From the NCBI GenBank assembly GCA_964596535.1, contig CAZQUR010000002.1:14949-78948 (forward strand): DNA of 64,000 bases, given 5' to 3'. The translations under genes were made by a program, and so were the position numbers. How positions within the stretch are numbered: the stretch's first letter is position 1; each line of letters begins with the position of its first letter. The notes under the pieces are model-generated. The model worked only from the letters and a program-made list of their open reading frames with translations. It ran no database searches and was not told where the DNA came from. The stretch comes from an uncultured Desulfobacteraceae bacterium (GTDB taxonomy: Bacteria; Desulfobacterota; Desulfobacteria; Desulfobacterales; UBA2156). Shown piece after piece: positions 37,169 to 45,820 of the stretch.

Positions 37169-37696
37169 GTGGCAATCGTTAGTCCGAAAAATCAAGACCG
37201 GATTCATGTGAATCAATCCATCCGGGCCGCCGAGGTCCGGGTTATCGATCCCGAGGGAAACCAAATCGGGATCGTTCCCATTTCAAAGGCGTTGAGTGCG
37301 GCGGCGGATTTCGGGTTGGACCTGGTGGAGGTCAGTCCCAATGCGAATCCGCCGGTGTGTAAAATCATGGATTACGGTCGTTACAAATACGAGCAAACGA
37401 AAAAGAAACAGGTCGCAAAGAAAAAACAAAGCACCTTCCAGGTCAAGGAGATCAAGGTACGCCCCAAGACCGGGGAGCATGATCTCCAGGTCAAGATCGG
37501 CCATATACGGAAATTCATTGAAAAAAAGGACAAAGTCAAAGTTTCCGTGTTGTTCCGGGGGCGGGAAATCACCCTGGCGGAAAAGGGAATGGCGCTTCTG
37601 GTGCGGATCGCCCAGGAAGTGGAAGACGTCGCCCAGGTGGAACAGGAACCCAAATTCGAAGGCCGCATCATCGTCATGGTTCTGACACCCCGATGA
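37169..37696 (+). CDS. infC: translation initiation factor IF-3
   Basis: INQSIRAAEVRVIDPEGNQIGIV...ANPPVCKIMDYGRYKYE...KEIKVRP... canonical IF-3. The true initiation codon is probably non-canonical (see findings). Confidence 0.92.
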   Translation: MAIVSPKNQDRIHVNQSIRAAEVRVIDPEGNQIGIVPISKALSAAADFGLDLVEVSPNANPPVCKIMDYGRYKYEQTKKKQVAKKKQSTFQVKEIKVRPKTGEHDLQVKIGHIRKFIEKKDKVKVSVLFRGREITLAEKGMALLVRIAQEVEDVAQVEQEPKFEGRIIVMVLTPR

Positions 37697-37728
37697 TCCA
37701 TGGGGTTCATGGGATTAAAAAAATGATG

Positions 37729-37757
37729 TTGCGTATGGGGTGATCTTATTATATGAT
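37729..37757 (+). promoter_or_regulatory. sigma70-type promoter candidate inside the infC-rpmI spacer
   Basis: TTGCGT, 17 nt spacer, TATGAT. Confidence 0.35.
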
Positions 37758-37884
37758 CGCCCGGGTTTGGATGCAGTTGGCGTGAGCTTGAAAGAAGATG
37801 CCATGCTCGCGCCATCGATTTTTATTGTGGTTGTAAAAAATGCCGCCGCTCAGGGCGGCGATAAAGATGAACGCGGGGGAAAAG

Positions 37885-38082
37885 ATGCCGAAAATCAAGA
37901 CAAACCGAGCGGCGGCAAAACGGTTCAAAAAGACGGGAACCGGCAAGTTTGCCTATTCCAAGGCGTATGGCAGCCATATTTTAACCAAGAAAACCCGAAA
38001 AAGAAAACGTTCCTTGCGCAAAAGCCGGATTATTTCCGGTTCCGATCAAAAGGCGATCCGGCTTCTTTTGCCCAACGGATAG
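37885..38082 (+). CDS. rpmI: 50S ribosomal protein L35
   Basis: [22 protein letters not shown]... canonical L35. The track start at 37840 is an extension. Confidence 0.92.
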   Translation: MPKIKTNRAAAKRFKKTGTGKFAYSKAYGSHILTKKTRKRKRSLRKSRIISGSDQKAIRLLLPNG

Positions 38083-38098
38083 AAAAGAGAGTCCCATC

Positions 38099-38449
38099 AT
38101 GAGAGTCAAAAGAGGGTTTAAAGCAAGAAGACGCAGGAAGAAAGTGCTTCAACTGGCCAAGGGATACCGGGGCGGCCGGAGCAAATTGTATCGCACGGCG
38201 GCCGATTCGGTGGACAAGGCCCTCATGTACGCCTATCGGGATCGGAGGGTCCGGAAAAGAGATTTCAGACGCCTTTGGATCATTCGGATCAACGCGGCGG
38301 CCCGCATGAATCATCTGTCTTACAGCCGATTCATCCAGGGATTGAAGCGCGCCGGCGTGGCCTTGGACCGGAAGGTCCTGGCGGATCTGGCTGTGTCCGA
38401 TCCTTCCGGTTTTTCCCGGATCGCCTCTCTGGCGGCGCAGCAGAAATAA
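38099..38449 (+). CDS. rplT: 50S ribosomal protein L20
   Basis: [32 protein letters not shown]... canonical L20. Confidence 0.95.
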   Translation: MRVKRGFKARRRRKKVLQLAKGYRGGRSKLYRTAADSVDKALMYAYRDRRVRKRDFRRLWIIRINAAARMNHLSYSRFIQGLKRAGVALDRKVLADLAVSDPSGFSRIASLAAQQK

Positions 38450-38554
38450 CGCGAAAAAACCCGCCCGGACCCGCCGAATCCGCAACTCCCCTCGAAAGCG
38501 CATTTTCGGCGCGCACGCCCGGACGCCGCCGCCGTGTAAGTTCGATACATCCAT

Positions 38555-39574
38555 TTGCTCGGGAACTTCGTGGACACCATTCAAGACATTCAGGAGCAGG
38601 CGTTCAAGGAACTGGAAGCCGCATCCGATGCGGACGCCGTCAGGGCCCTGTCCGTCCGGTATCTGGGCCGGAAAGGGATCGTCACCCAGCTGTTGCGCAG
38701 TGTTTCAACGCGTCCGCCGGATGAGCGGGCGTCTTTCGGGAAGCGGGCCAACGCCCTGAAAAACCGCTTGAACGCGGCCTTTGAAACGGCCTTGAATCGC
38801 CTGGAAGCCTCCCTTGAGGACAGGGAAGACCCCGTCGATGTCACGCTGCCGGGCCGTATCCCCTCCGTGGGCGCCTTACACCCCATTACCCAGGTGATGG
38901 ACGAGATCTGCGACATTTTCTCGAAAATGGGGTTTGATGTGGTGGAAGGGCCCGAGGTGGAGTCCGATTACTACAACTTCGAAGCGTTGAACATTCCCAA
39001 AGATCACCCGGCACGGGATATGCAAGATACCTTTTATGTGTCCGACGCCGTGGTGTTGCGGACCCACACCTCCCCGGTCCAGATCCGCACCATGGAGCAT
39101 CAGGAACCTCCGGTGCGGGTCATCGTCCCCGGAAAGGTCTTCCGCTGCGATTCGGACATCACCCATACGCCCATGTTCCATCAGGTGGAGGGGCTTCTGG
39201 TGGACGACGGCGTTTCCTTCGGTGACCTGAAAGGCACCCTCACCGCCTTTGTGCATCAGGTCTTTGATGAAAAGACGGCCCTGCGGTTCCGGCCCAGTTT
39301 TTTCCCTTTTACCGAACCGAGCGCCGAGGTGGATATTGTCTGCGTGATGTGCCGGGGAAAGGGGTGCCGGGTGTGTTCCCATACGGGCTGGCTGGAAATC
39401 CTCGGATCCGGAATGGTGCATCCGGCCCTGTTCGAAAAGGTCGGATACGATCCGGATCGATATACGGGGTTTGCCTTCGGTATGGGGGTGGAGCGGATCG
39501 CCATGCTCAAATACGGGATCGACGACATCCGTAAATTTTTCGAAAACGACGCACGATTTCTGATGCAGTTTTAG
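38555..39574 (+). CDS. pheS: phenylalanine--tRNA ligase alpha subunit
   Basis: YLGRKG, HPARDMQDTFY, class II motifs FRCD...H.PMFHQVEG and GFAFGMGVERIAM. TTG start per the ORF track. Confidence 0.93.
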   Translation: MLGNFVDTIQDIQEQAFKELEAASDADAVRALSVRYLGRKGIVTQLLRSVSTRPPDERASFGKRANALKNRLNAAFETALNRLEASLEDREDPVDVTLPGRIPSVGALHPITQVMDEICDIFSKMGFDVVEGPEVESDYYNFEALNIPKDHPARDMQDTFYVSDAVVLRTHTSPVQIRTMEHQEPPVRVIVPGKVFRCDSDITHTPMFHQVEGLLVDDGVSFGDLKGTLTAFVHQVFDEKTALRFRPSFFPFTEPSAEVDIVCVMCRGKGCRVCSHTGWLEILGSGMVHPALFEKVGYDPDRYTGFAFGMGVERIAMLKYGIDDIRKFFENDARFLMQF

Positions 39575-39576
39575 CC

Positions 39577-41991
39577 ATGAAGGCCAGCCTGAGTTGGTTG
39601 AAAACGTACGTACCCATTCACATGGGCGCTTCGGAACTCGCCGAAGCCCTGACCATGGTGGGTCTGGAAGTGGAGTCGGTCGCCGACCGATTCGATTTCA
39701 TGAAAGATGTCCGGGTGGGCCGGGTGACGCAGGTGCGCCCGCATCCCAATGCCGAAACGCTCCGGATCTGCGAGGTGGACACGGGGGGCCGAACCTTGAC
39801 GGTGGTGTGCGGCGCCCCCAATGTCAAATCCGGAATAGTATCCGCGGTGGCTCTTCCCGGGGCTCGGTTTCCCAATGGCACCGTCCTTCGGGATGCGGCG
39901 ATCCGGGGGATCGTTTCCGAAGGGATGCTGTGCAGCGAAAAGGAATTGGGACTGGGGGACGATGCCTCCGGGATCCTGGAGCTGGCCCCGTCCTTTAAAC
40001 CCGGAAACGGCCTGGCTGAGGTCCTGCACCTTTCGGATCCGGTCTTGGAGATCAGTGTCACACCCAACCGTCCCGATTGTTTGGGACTCATGGGCATCGC
40101 CCGGGAGATCGCCGGGATCCAGCGCGTCGGGGTCGCCTATCCGGATGCTGCAATCCGGGAGGATGAGGGCCGGATTTCCAACTTCAGTTCCGTGCACATC
40201 GAAGCCCCCGATCACTGTCCCCGGTATGCCGCGCGCCTCGTATTCGATGTGACCGTGGGGCCTTCCCCGTTTTGGCTCCAGGACCGTCTTTGGTCCGTGG
40301 GGTTAAGACCCATCAACAACATCGTGGATATCACGAATTTTATCCTCATGGAGGCCGGACAGCCCCTCCATGCCTTTGACTACGACCGGCTTGCCGAACA
40401 CCGGATCGTGGTCAAAACCGCAAGGGAAGGGGATCGGTTTGTCACCCTGGACGGAAAAGAACGCCTGTTGGGGGCCGATACCCTGATGATCTGTGACGGT
40501 GAAAAAGGGGTGGCCGTCGCCGGGATCATGGGAGGGCTGAATTCGGAAATCTCGGAGACCACCACCCGGGTATTCATCGAGAGCGCCTATTTCAATCCCG
40601 TGAGCATCCGGAGGACCGCCAAACGATTGGGGATTGCCACCGAAGCCTCCCACCGGTTCGAGCGGGGAGTGGATCCGGAAGGCGTCCTTTATGCCCTGAA
40701 CCGTGCGGCCCTGTTGATGGCGGAAACGGTCGGGGGACGCATCATCGACGGGTGGATCGACGCCCACCCGAAGCCCGTCCCCAAACGGGAAATCAGCGTC
40801 AGCCTGTCACGGGCGAACCGGTTATTGGGGACCCGTTTTACTCAGGAAACCGTTAAAACGCTCCTGGAGTCCATCGAGTTTTCCGCCGTCCCCCGGGACG
40901 AAGATCGCCTTCGGGTGTCCGTCCCGAGTTTCCGGGTGGATGTCACACGCCCCGAGGATATCATGGAAGAGGCGGCCCGATTGGCGGGATATCAGCACAT
41001 CCCCGTGACCTTTCCTTTTCTTCCGGCGGTCAGAAAGCATTCATGGGGACCGCTTCAGTTGAGAGGATCCATCCGGCGCTGGCTTGCAGGATTCGGTTTC
41101 CTGGAAGCCGTCAACTACAGTTTCATTCATCGACGTTTCGATGACCGTCTGGGACTCCCGGAGCACGACTTCCGACGCCGGACCGTGGAAATCCTGAATC
41201 CCATCTCCGACGAGCAAAGTCGGATGCGGACCACATTGGTCTCGGGCCTTTTGGGAACCCTCCAAAGGAACCTGGCCCAGCAGATCCGATCCCTGCGGCT
41301 TTTCGAAACGGGAAAGGTATACCTTCCCCAAGAGGCGGATCTTTTGCCCCGGGAGACGGAGATGCTGGCGTTGCTGTGGACCGGACATCGCTTCGAGCCC
41401 GGATGGTACGGCAAAGAAACGCCTTGCGATTTTTTCGATATGAAGGGCGCGGTGGAAGGATTGTTGAAGGCCTTGGGCCGTCGAGAAGTGGAAGCCGCCC
41501 CCCTGCCCGCCGATTCCTGTGCATACCTCAAGCCCGGTGTTTCGGCCGCGCTCCGGATCGACAATCGAAGCGTGGGATGGCTGGGAGAGATGCAACGCCG
41601 GGCGTTGGCTCCCTTTGATATCCATCAGCCGGTCTTTGTGGCCGAACTGAACCTGGATGCGCTTTTGCCTTTGATTCCCCGATCCAAAAAGGCCGAACCC
41701 ATCTCCCGGTTTCCCGGCGTGACGCGGGATTTCACCCTGATCGTAGACAAAACGGTTCCGGCGGGGGATATTCTCCGATGCGTGGCCGATGCCGGTGAAA
41801 AATGGGTTGAAACGGTTCATCTTTTCGATGTATTCAAAAAAGAACCGATACCCCCGGGAAAAAAGAGCGTTTCCTTTCGGGTGATCTACCGCAGCAGAAA
41901 ACGGACCCTGGAGGACAAAGAGGTCACCCGGGTGCATCAAAAGATATCGGAGTTGCTCTTAAAGACCTTTGACGCCGCGCTGCCGGAATGA
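39577..41991 (+). CDS. pheT: phenylalanine--tRNA ligase beta subunit
   Basis: MKASLSWLKTYV..., tRNA-binding domain, B3/4, B5 and FDX-ACB-like C-terminus. 804 aa. Confidence 0.93.
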   Translation: MKASLSWLKTYVPIHMGASELAEALTMVGLEVESVADRFDFMKDVRVGRVTQVRPHPNAETLRICEVDTGGRTLTVVCGAPNVKSGIVSAVALPGARFPNGTVLRDAAIRGIVSEGMLCSEKELGLGDDASGILELAPSFKPGNGLAEVLHLSDPVLEISVTPNRPDCLGLMGIAREIAGIQRVGVAYPDAAIREDEGRISNFSSVHIEAPDHCPRYAARLVFDVTVGPSPFWLQDRLWSVGLRPINNIVDITNFILMEAGQPLHAFDYDRLAEHRIVVKTAREGDRFVTLDGKERLLGADTLMICDGEKGVAVAGIMGGLNSEISETTTRVFIESAYFNPVSIRRTAKRLGIATEASHRFERGVDPEGVLYALNRAALLMAETVGGRIIDGWIDAHPKPVPKREISVSLSRANRLLGTRFTQETVKTLLESIEFSAVPRDEDRLRVSVPSFRVDVTRPEDIMEEAARLAGYQHIPVTFPFLPAVRKHSWGPLQLRGSIRRWLAGFGFLEAVNYSFIHRRFDDRLGLPEHDFRRRTVEILNPISDEQSRMRTTLVSGLLGTLQRNLAQQIRSLRLFETGKVYLPQEADLLPRETEMLALLWTGHRFEPGWYGKETPCDFFDMKGAVEGLLKALGRREVEAAPLPADSCAYLKPGVSAALRIDNRSVGWLGEMQRRALAPFDIHQPVFVAELNLDALLPLIPRSKKAEPISRFPGVTRDFTLIVDKTVPAGDILRCVADAGEKWVETVHLFDVFKKEPIPPGKKSVSFRVIYRSRKRTLEDKEVTRVHQKISELLLKTFDAALPE

Positions 41992-42046
41992 TCTTTTACG
42001 GAGACGCCTTTCGGATGCCTGCCCGGGGGCGCGGGGGGTGACACGC

Positions 42047-42388
42047 ATGGCACTGCCCGATAAACTCTATTTCAAGATCGGGGAAGTCAGCAAAATTGCT
42101 GGAGTACCCCCTTATGTCCTGCGGTTCTGGGAGAATGAATTCAAAAAGATCCATCCCAAGCGGACCCCCTCCGGCCAGCGCCTCTACCGCAAAAAGGACG
42201 TGGAACTGATCCTGACCATCAAGCATCTTTTGTACGGCAAGCAGTTCACCATCCGCGGGGCCAACCGGTACCTGAACGCCATGAAAAAAGAAGAACGGGT
42301 CGAGGGGAAAGACCCCTCGACCCTGGATGCCGTCAAGGCGGAACTTCGCGATATCCTGTCGATCTTAAGGGAGGATCCCTCCTCTTAG
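42047..42388 (+). CDS. MerR family transcriptional regulator
   Basis: YFKIGEVSKIAGVPPYVLRFWENEFKKIHPKRTPSGQRLYRKKDVELI is the MerR HTH. Confidence 0.88.
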   Translation: MALPDKLYFKIGEVSKIAGVPPYVLRFWENEFKKIHPKRTPSGQRLYRKKDVELILTIKHLLYGKQFTIRGANRYLNAMKKEERVEGKDPSTLDAVKAELRDILSILREDPSS

Positions 42389-43389
42389 AAAAACATCCGC
42401 AGCCCGATCCCCAGCCGTCCCTTTTCTTCCAGTTCGTCGAATTCATCAAAGGCCGAACGGCCTTCGATGAAGAGCCCGAAATTCACCCCGGTGGGGTTTT
42501 CCGTCAGGAGAACCCCTGCTTCCAGAAGAAGGTCAAACCGAGTGTCGAAACTGGTGTCCCACAGCCCCACCCCGGTGCCGAGGAAATATTTGGGCGTGGG
42601 ATAAAAGAAATAGAAGGCATCCGCCAGAAGCGGAGGATTGTCCTCGCATCCTTCCGCCAGGGGGGCGAAGCCGACCAGCCCGGCCACGGCGTTCTTCGGG
42701 TTGAAACGGTGCATGTACCCCACACGGATGGGGAAAAACGTGGCGGGATCAATTTGCTTCATGAATCCCACGTCTCCCAGGAAGATCCCTTTTCGGGGCG
42801 CAGGGGCCTCCGCTACAGCGGCGGGTGCCGGTGCGGTCTCGGCTTTTGGAGACGGCGGGGGTGCCGGTGCGGGTGCGGGAGTCGGCGCCGGAGCGGGCGC
42901 CGGCGCGGGTGCCGGGGCCGCCACAGGGACATCGACGATTTTTTGCAGGGCGACGTTAAAACAGATGTCCGGAAACACAAAGACATAGTCCCGCCCCTCA
43001 TGTCGCATGACCATCCGGACCGCATTGAACGGCGCTTTTCCCGCCCACACCACGTCATTGAGCACCGTGGGTTTCTTTTGCTTCTTGAACAGCATCCACA
43101 AAAACGTCTCTCCGGGCGAAACGGTGACCGCCTCCAGCGTTTCGGTTTCAAGGGCTTCCATGAAGGGATCGAAAAGATTCACGGCACCGGCTTGAATAAA
43201 TCCGGACTGGATGTCGGGTTTCAGCTTTTTCACAATCGGTGGAACCTGATCGGGCTTGATTCCCTGGATCTTGTAAAAAGGGCTTTCCCCGAGTTTTTTG
43301 AGTTGCGTGGCGGCGAAAAGGGGTGCGGCTCCCAGGACCAAGGATACCGTTAAAACCATGGCCGTCAGCTTTATTGCGGACCTCATCAT
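42385..43389 (-). CDS. secreted hypothetical protein: N-terminal domain, (Pro-Ala)n linker, beta-barrel-like C-terminus ending in Phe
   Basis: Signal peptide MMRSAIKLTAMVLTVSLVLGAAPLFA. Residues about 155-198 are PAPAPAPAP-rich. C-terminal alternating-hydrophobic segments end with ..GIGLRMFF. Confidence 0.6.
   Translation of the reverse strand: MMRSAIKLTAMVLTVSLVLGAAPLFAATQLKKLGESPFYKIQGIKPDQVPPIVKKLKPDIQSGFIQAGAVNLFDPFMEALETETLEAVTVSPGETFLWMLFKKQKKPTVLNDVVWAGKAPFNAVRMVMRHEGRDYVFVFPDICFNVALQKIVDVPVAAPAPAPAPAPAPTPAPAPAPPPSPKAETAPAPAAVAEAPAPRKGIFLGDVGFMKQIDPATFFPIRVGYMHRFNPKNAVAGLVGFAPLAEGCEDNPPLLADAFYFFYPTPKYFLGTGVGLWDTSFDTRFDLLLEAGVLLTENPTGVNFGLFIEGRSAFDEFDELEEKGRLGIGLRMFF
42796..42927 (-). 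repeat. GC-rich low-complexity tract encoding the (Pro-Ala)n linker
   Basis: Repeated GGTGCCGG/GGTGCGGG/GGCGCCGG units on the plus strand, within CDS 42385..43389. Confidence 0.8.
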
Positions 43390-43519
43390 TACCCTCCTTT
43401 GGCGGTGTTCAAACAGACTCCCTTACTTTATCAACGTTTATCCCCCCCTTTTGAAAAAGTCAAGGCTCGGTTTGGGAAACAAACCCGTATCGGACATCAA
43501 ACCGGGCCGCGGAAAATTC

Positions 43520-43548
43520 TTGACAAAAGAAATTGCCTACCATAATAT
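43520..43548 (+). promoter_or_regulatory. sigma70-type promoter for tRNA-Gly
   Basis: TTGACA, 17 nt spacer, TAATAT, ending 14 nt upstream of the mature tRNA 5' end. Confidence 0.6.
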
Positions 43549-43562
43549 ATTCAATCTTGACA

Positions 43563-43638
43563 GCGGGCATAGCTCAGCTGGTAGAGCACAAGCTTCCCAA
43601 GCTTGGGGTCGCGAGTTCGAATCTCGTTGCCCGCTCCA
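43563..43638 (+). tRNA. tRNA-Gly (anticodon CCC), CCA encoded
   Basis: GCGGGCA-TA-GCTC-AGCTGGTA-GAGC-A-CAAGC-TTCCCAA-GCTTG-GGGTC-GCGAG-TTCGAAT-CTCGT-TGCCCGC-T-CCA folds as a 76-nt cloverleaf. Confidence 0.92.
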
Positions 43639-43767
43639 AGTTTGTCCGTCTTTTCATGCGGAATGTGAACGTGCTGGATGGATGGGATGCGGACGTGAAC
43701 TTTTCTGTGGAGTGACGTTCATGGTCGATTGAGGGTTTTCCACAAAAAGATCTACCCGGATGAAAAG

Positions 43768-43791
43768 AAACGGGCGAAAGCCCGTTTTTTG
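43768..43791 (+). terminator. rho-independent terminator
   Basis: AAACGGGC-gaaa-GCCCGTTTTTTG, about 130 nt downstream of the tRNA 3' end. Confidence 0.75.
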
Positions 43792-43814
43792 TTTCCATCA
43801 GGAGGCGGTAAAGA

Positions 43815-44354
43815 TTGACGCGAAAGCGGATGAAAGGAAGAAAAAAGGACAGGGCTTCCACGGACCCTTTTTTTTCCGTGGATCGGCTGGAAATTGCAGA
43901 AAAGGTTAGAGAGATCGCCGCGCCGCTTTGTGAAAGCGAGGGCATTGAGATCGTTCACGTGGAATATCAACGGGAACAGACCGGAAAGGTGCTGCGGGTG
44001 TATCTGGACAAACCCGGAGGGATTACACTGGAAGATTGCACAAACATCAGTCGGCAGCTTTCCGATCTTTTGGATGTGTGCTTGGAGACCCGGGGTGCTT
44101 ATTCCCTGGAGGTTTCCTCTCCCGGACCCAACCGGCCCCTTGGAAAAAGTGAGGATTTCGAAGCATTTAATGGACATAAGGCTTTCATCCGGTCCGCCCG
44201 TCCCATGGACGGCCGGAAAAATTTTAAAGGGATTCTGATGGGTGTCGTTGAAAACCGGGTGATCCTTAAAGTCGAAGATAAGACCGTAGGGATCCCCCTT
44301 GATGAGATCGCCAAGGCGCATCTCATAAGGGAGGATGGAGAACGCACATGTTGA
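43815..44354 (+). CDS. rimP: ribosome maturation factor RimP
   Basis: IAAPLCESEGIEIVHVEYQREQTGKVLRVYLDKPGGITLEDCTNISRQLSDLLD typical of RimP. TTG 43815 is 9 nt after GGAGG (alternative ATG 43830). Confidence 0.88.
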   Translation: MTRKRMKGRKKDRASTDPFFSVDRLEIAEKVREIAAPLCESEGIEIVHVEYQREQTGKVLRVYLDKPGGITLEDCTNISRQLSDLLDVCLETRGAYSLEVSSPGPNRPLGKSEDFEAFNGHKAFIRSARPMDGRKNFKGILMGVVENRVILKVEDKTVGIPLDEIAKAHLIREDGERTC

Positions 44355-45742
44355 TATCGGAAATTAAGCGGGTCGTCGAGCAGGTGAGCCGGGAAAAGGG
44401 CATCGATCGAAGGATCTTGATCGCCGCCCTGGAGGAGGCGTTGAAATCGGCTGCCAAGAAGAAGCTGGGAAGCAGGGCCGATATTGAAGTTCAATACGAC
44501 GACGCCACCGGAGAAATCGAGGTGTTTCAGTTCAAGGAAGTCATGGAAACCGTCACGGAGCCGGATCTGGAAATCGATTTCGAGTCCGCGCGCAAGCTTG
44601 ATCCGGAATGTGAAATCGGTGACAGTATCGGCACGAAGATGGATACGACCACCTTCGGCCGGATCGCCGCCCAATCCGCCAAGCAGGTGATCATCCAGAA
44701 GATGAAGGACGCCGAGCGGGATGCCGTCTTCTCCGGATTCATCGATCGCAAGGGAGAGATCATCAACGGCATTGTTCAGCGGGTCGACAGAAACGATATT
44801 ATCGTGAATCTGGGACAGACCGAGGGAATCCTCATGGCAAAAGATCAGATTCCCAAAGAAACGTACCGGAGGGGGGATCGGGTCCGGGCCTACATCAAGG
44901 ATGTCCTTTATGAGTCCCGGGGACCGCAAATCATCCTTTCCCGGGCCGATGAACAGTTCCTCATCGCGTTGTTTAAAACGGAAGTTCCGGAGATCAGCGA
45001 GGGGATTGTAAAGATTTTGGGGGCCGCCCGGGAACCCGGGAGCCGGGCAAAGATTGCCGTCACGTCCACCGATTCGGACATTGATCCGGTGGGCGCCTGT
45101 GTGGGGATGAAGGGGAGCCGGGTGCAGAACGTGGTGCAGGAACTGAGGGGAGAGAAGATCGACATCATCCCCTGGCACGTGGATGCGGCCAAATTCGTCT
45201 GCAACGCCCTGGCCCCGGCGGAAATCTCCCGGGTGATCATCGATGAGGAGAACCGCCTCATGGAAGTTATCGTCCCGGACGAATTTCTTTCCGTGGCCAT
45301 CGGCAAGCGTGGACAAAATGTGCGTTTGGCCTCCAAGTTGACCGGCTGGCATCTTGATGTGATCAGTGAAACGAGATATAGTCAGGCGATGAAGGAAGGG
45401 TATAACTCCCTTCTCGCGTTGCCGGGCATGGGGGCGGCACTCGCGGATGCCCTTTATGAAAGAGGTTTTTTTTCCGTGGAAGAACTCGGCAAGGCATTCG
45501 TGGAAGACTTGACCGCCATACGGGATGTGGATGAAGAAAAAGCGGCGACGTTGATCGCGCTTGCCCGTGAGGCGGCCGCCCAGGCCCAGATGGCTCAAGA
45601 AACCGAAGAAACCGCACCGGATGATTCCGAAGCCGATCTGGAAGAGGCGGCCCCGCCGTCCGTTGAACAGACGGCTTCCGACATTATGGAGCATTCCACG
45701 GAAGCAGGCGAGCCAGAGAAGCGTGTGGAAGAGACCGAATGA
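44348..45742 (+). CDS. nusA: transcription termination/antitermination factor NusA
   Basis: N-terminal domain, S1, two KH motifs ([28 protein letters not shown]), acidic C-terminal tail. Confidence 0.95.
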   Translation: MLISEIKRVVEQVSREKGIDRRILIAALEEALKSAAKKKLGSRADIEVQYDDATGEIEVFQFKEVMETVTEPDLEIDFESARKLDPECEIGDSIGTKMDTTTFGRIAAQSAKQVIIQKMKDAERDAVFSGFIDRKGEIINGIVQRVDRNDIIVNLGQTEGILMAKDQIPKETYRRGDRVRAYIKDVLYESRGPQIILSRADEQFLIALFKTEVPEISEGIVKILGAAREPGSRAKIAVTSTDSDIDPVGACVGMKGSRVQNVVQELRGEKIDIIPWHVDAAKFVCNALAPAEISRVIIDEENRLMEVIVPDEFLSVAIGKRGQNVRLASKLTGWHLDVISETRYSQAMKEGYNSLLALPGMGAALADALYERGFFSVEELGKAFVEDLTAIRDVDEEKAATLIALAREAAAQAQMAQETEETAPDDSEADLEEAAPPSVEQTASDIMEHSTEAGEPEKRVEETE

Positions 45743-45820
45743 AGCATCAACACCATCGCGCCGCCGTCAACGGGAGGTGTCCCGATAGGAGGTGTTGCGA
45801 ACCGATGGGATGGGGGATGG

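Noticed and set aside
42796-42927. Repetitive GC-rich DNA considered as a possible CRISPR or tandem-repeat locus.
   Set aside because: It lies in frame within a signal-peptide-bearing ORF and simply encodes a (Pro-Ala)n linker. There is no repeat-spacer periodicity and there are no cas genes.
43533-43945. ORFs 43533..43715(+) and 43574..43945(-) overlapping the tRNA-Gly gene.
   Set aside because: They run through a canonical tRNA cloverleaf and its terminator, and have no RBS or motifs.
45743-45820. Looked for the ylxR (DUF448) / L7Ae-like genes that often sit between nusA and infB.
   Set aside because: Only 78 nt separate nusA and infB, and no ORF fits. They are simply absent from this locus.
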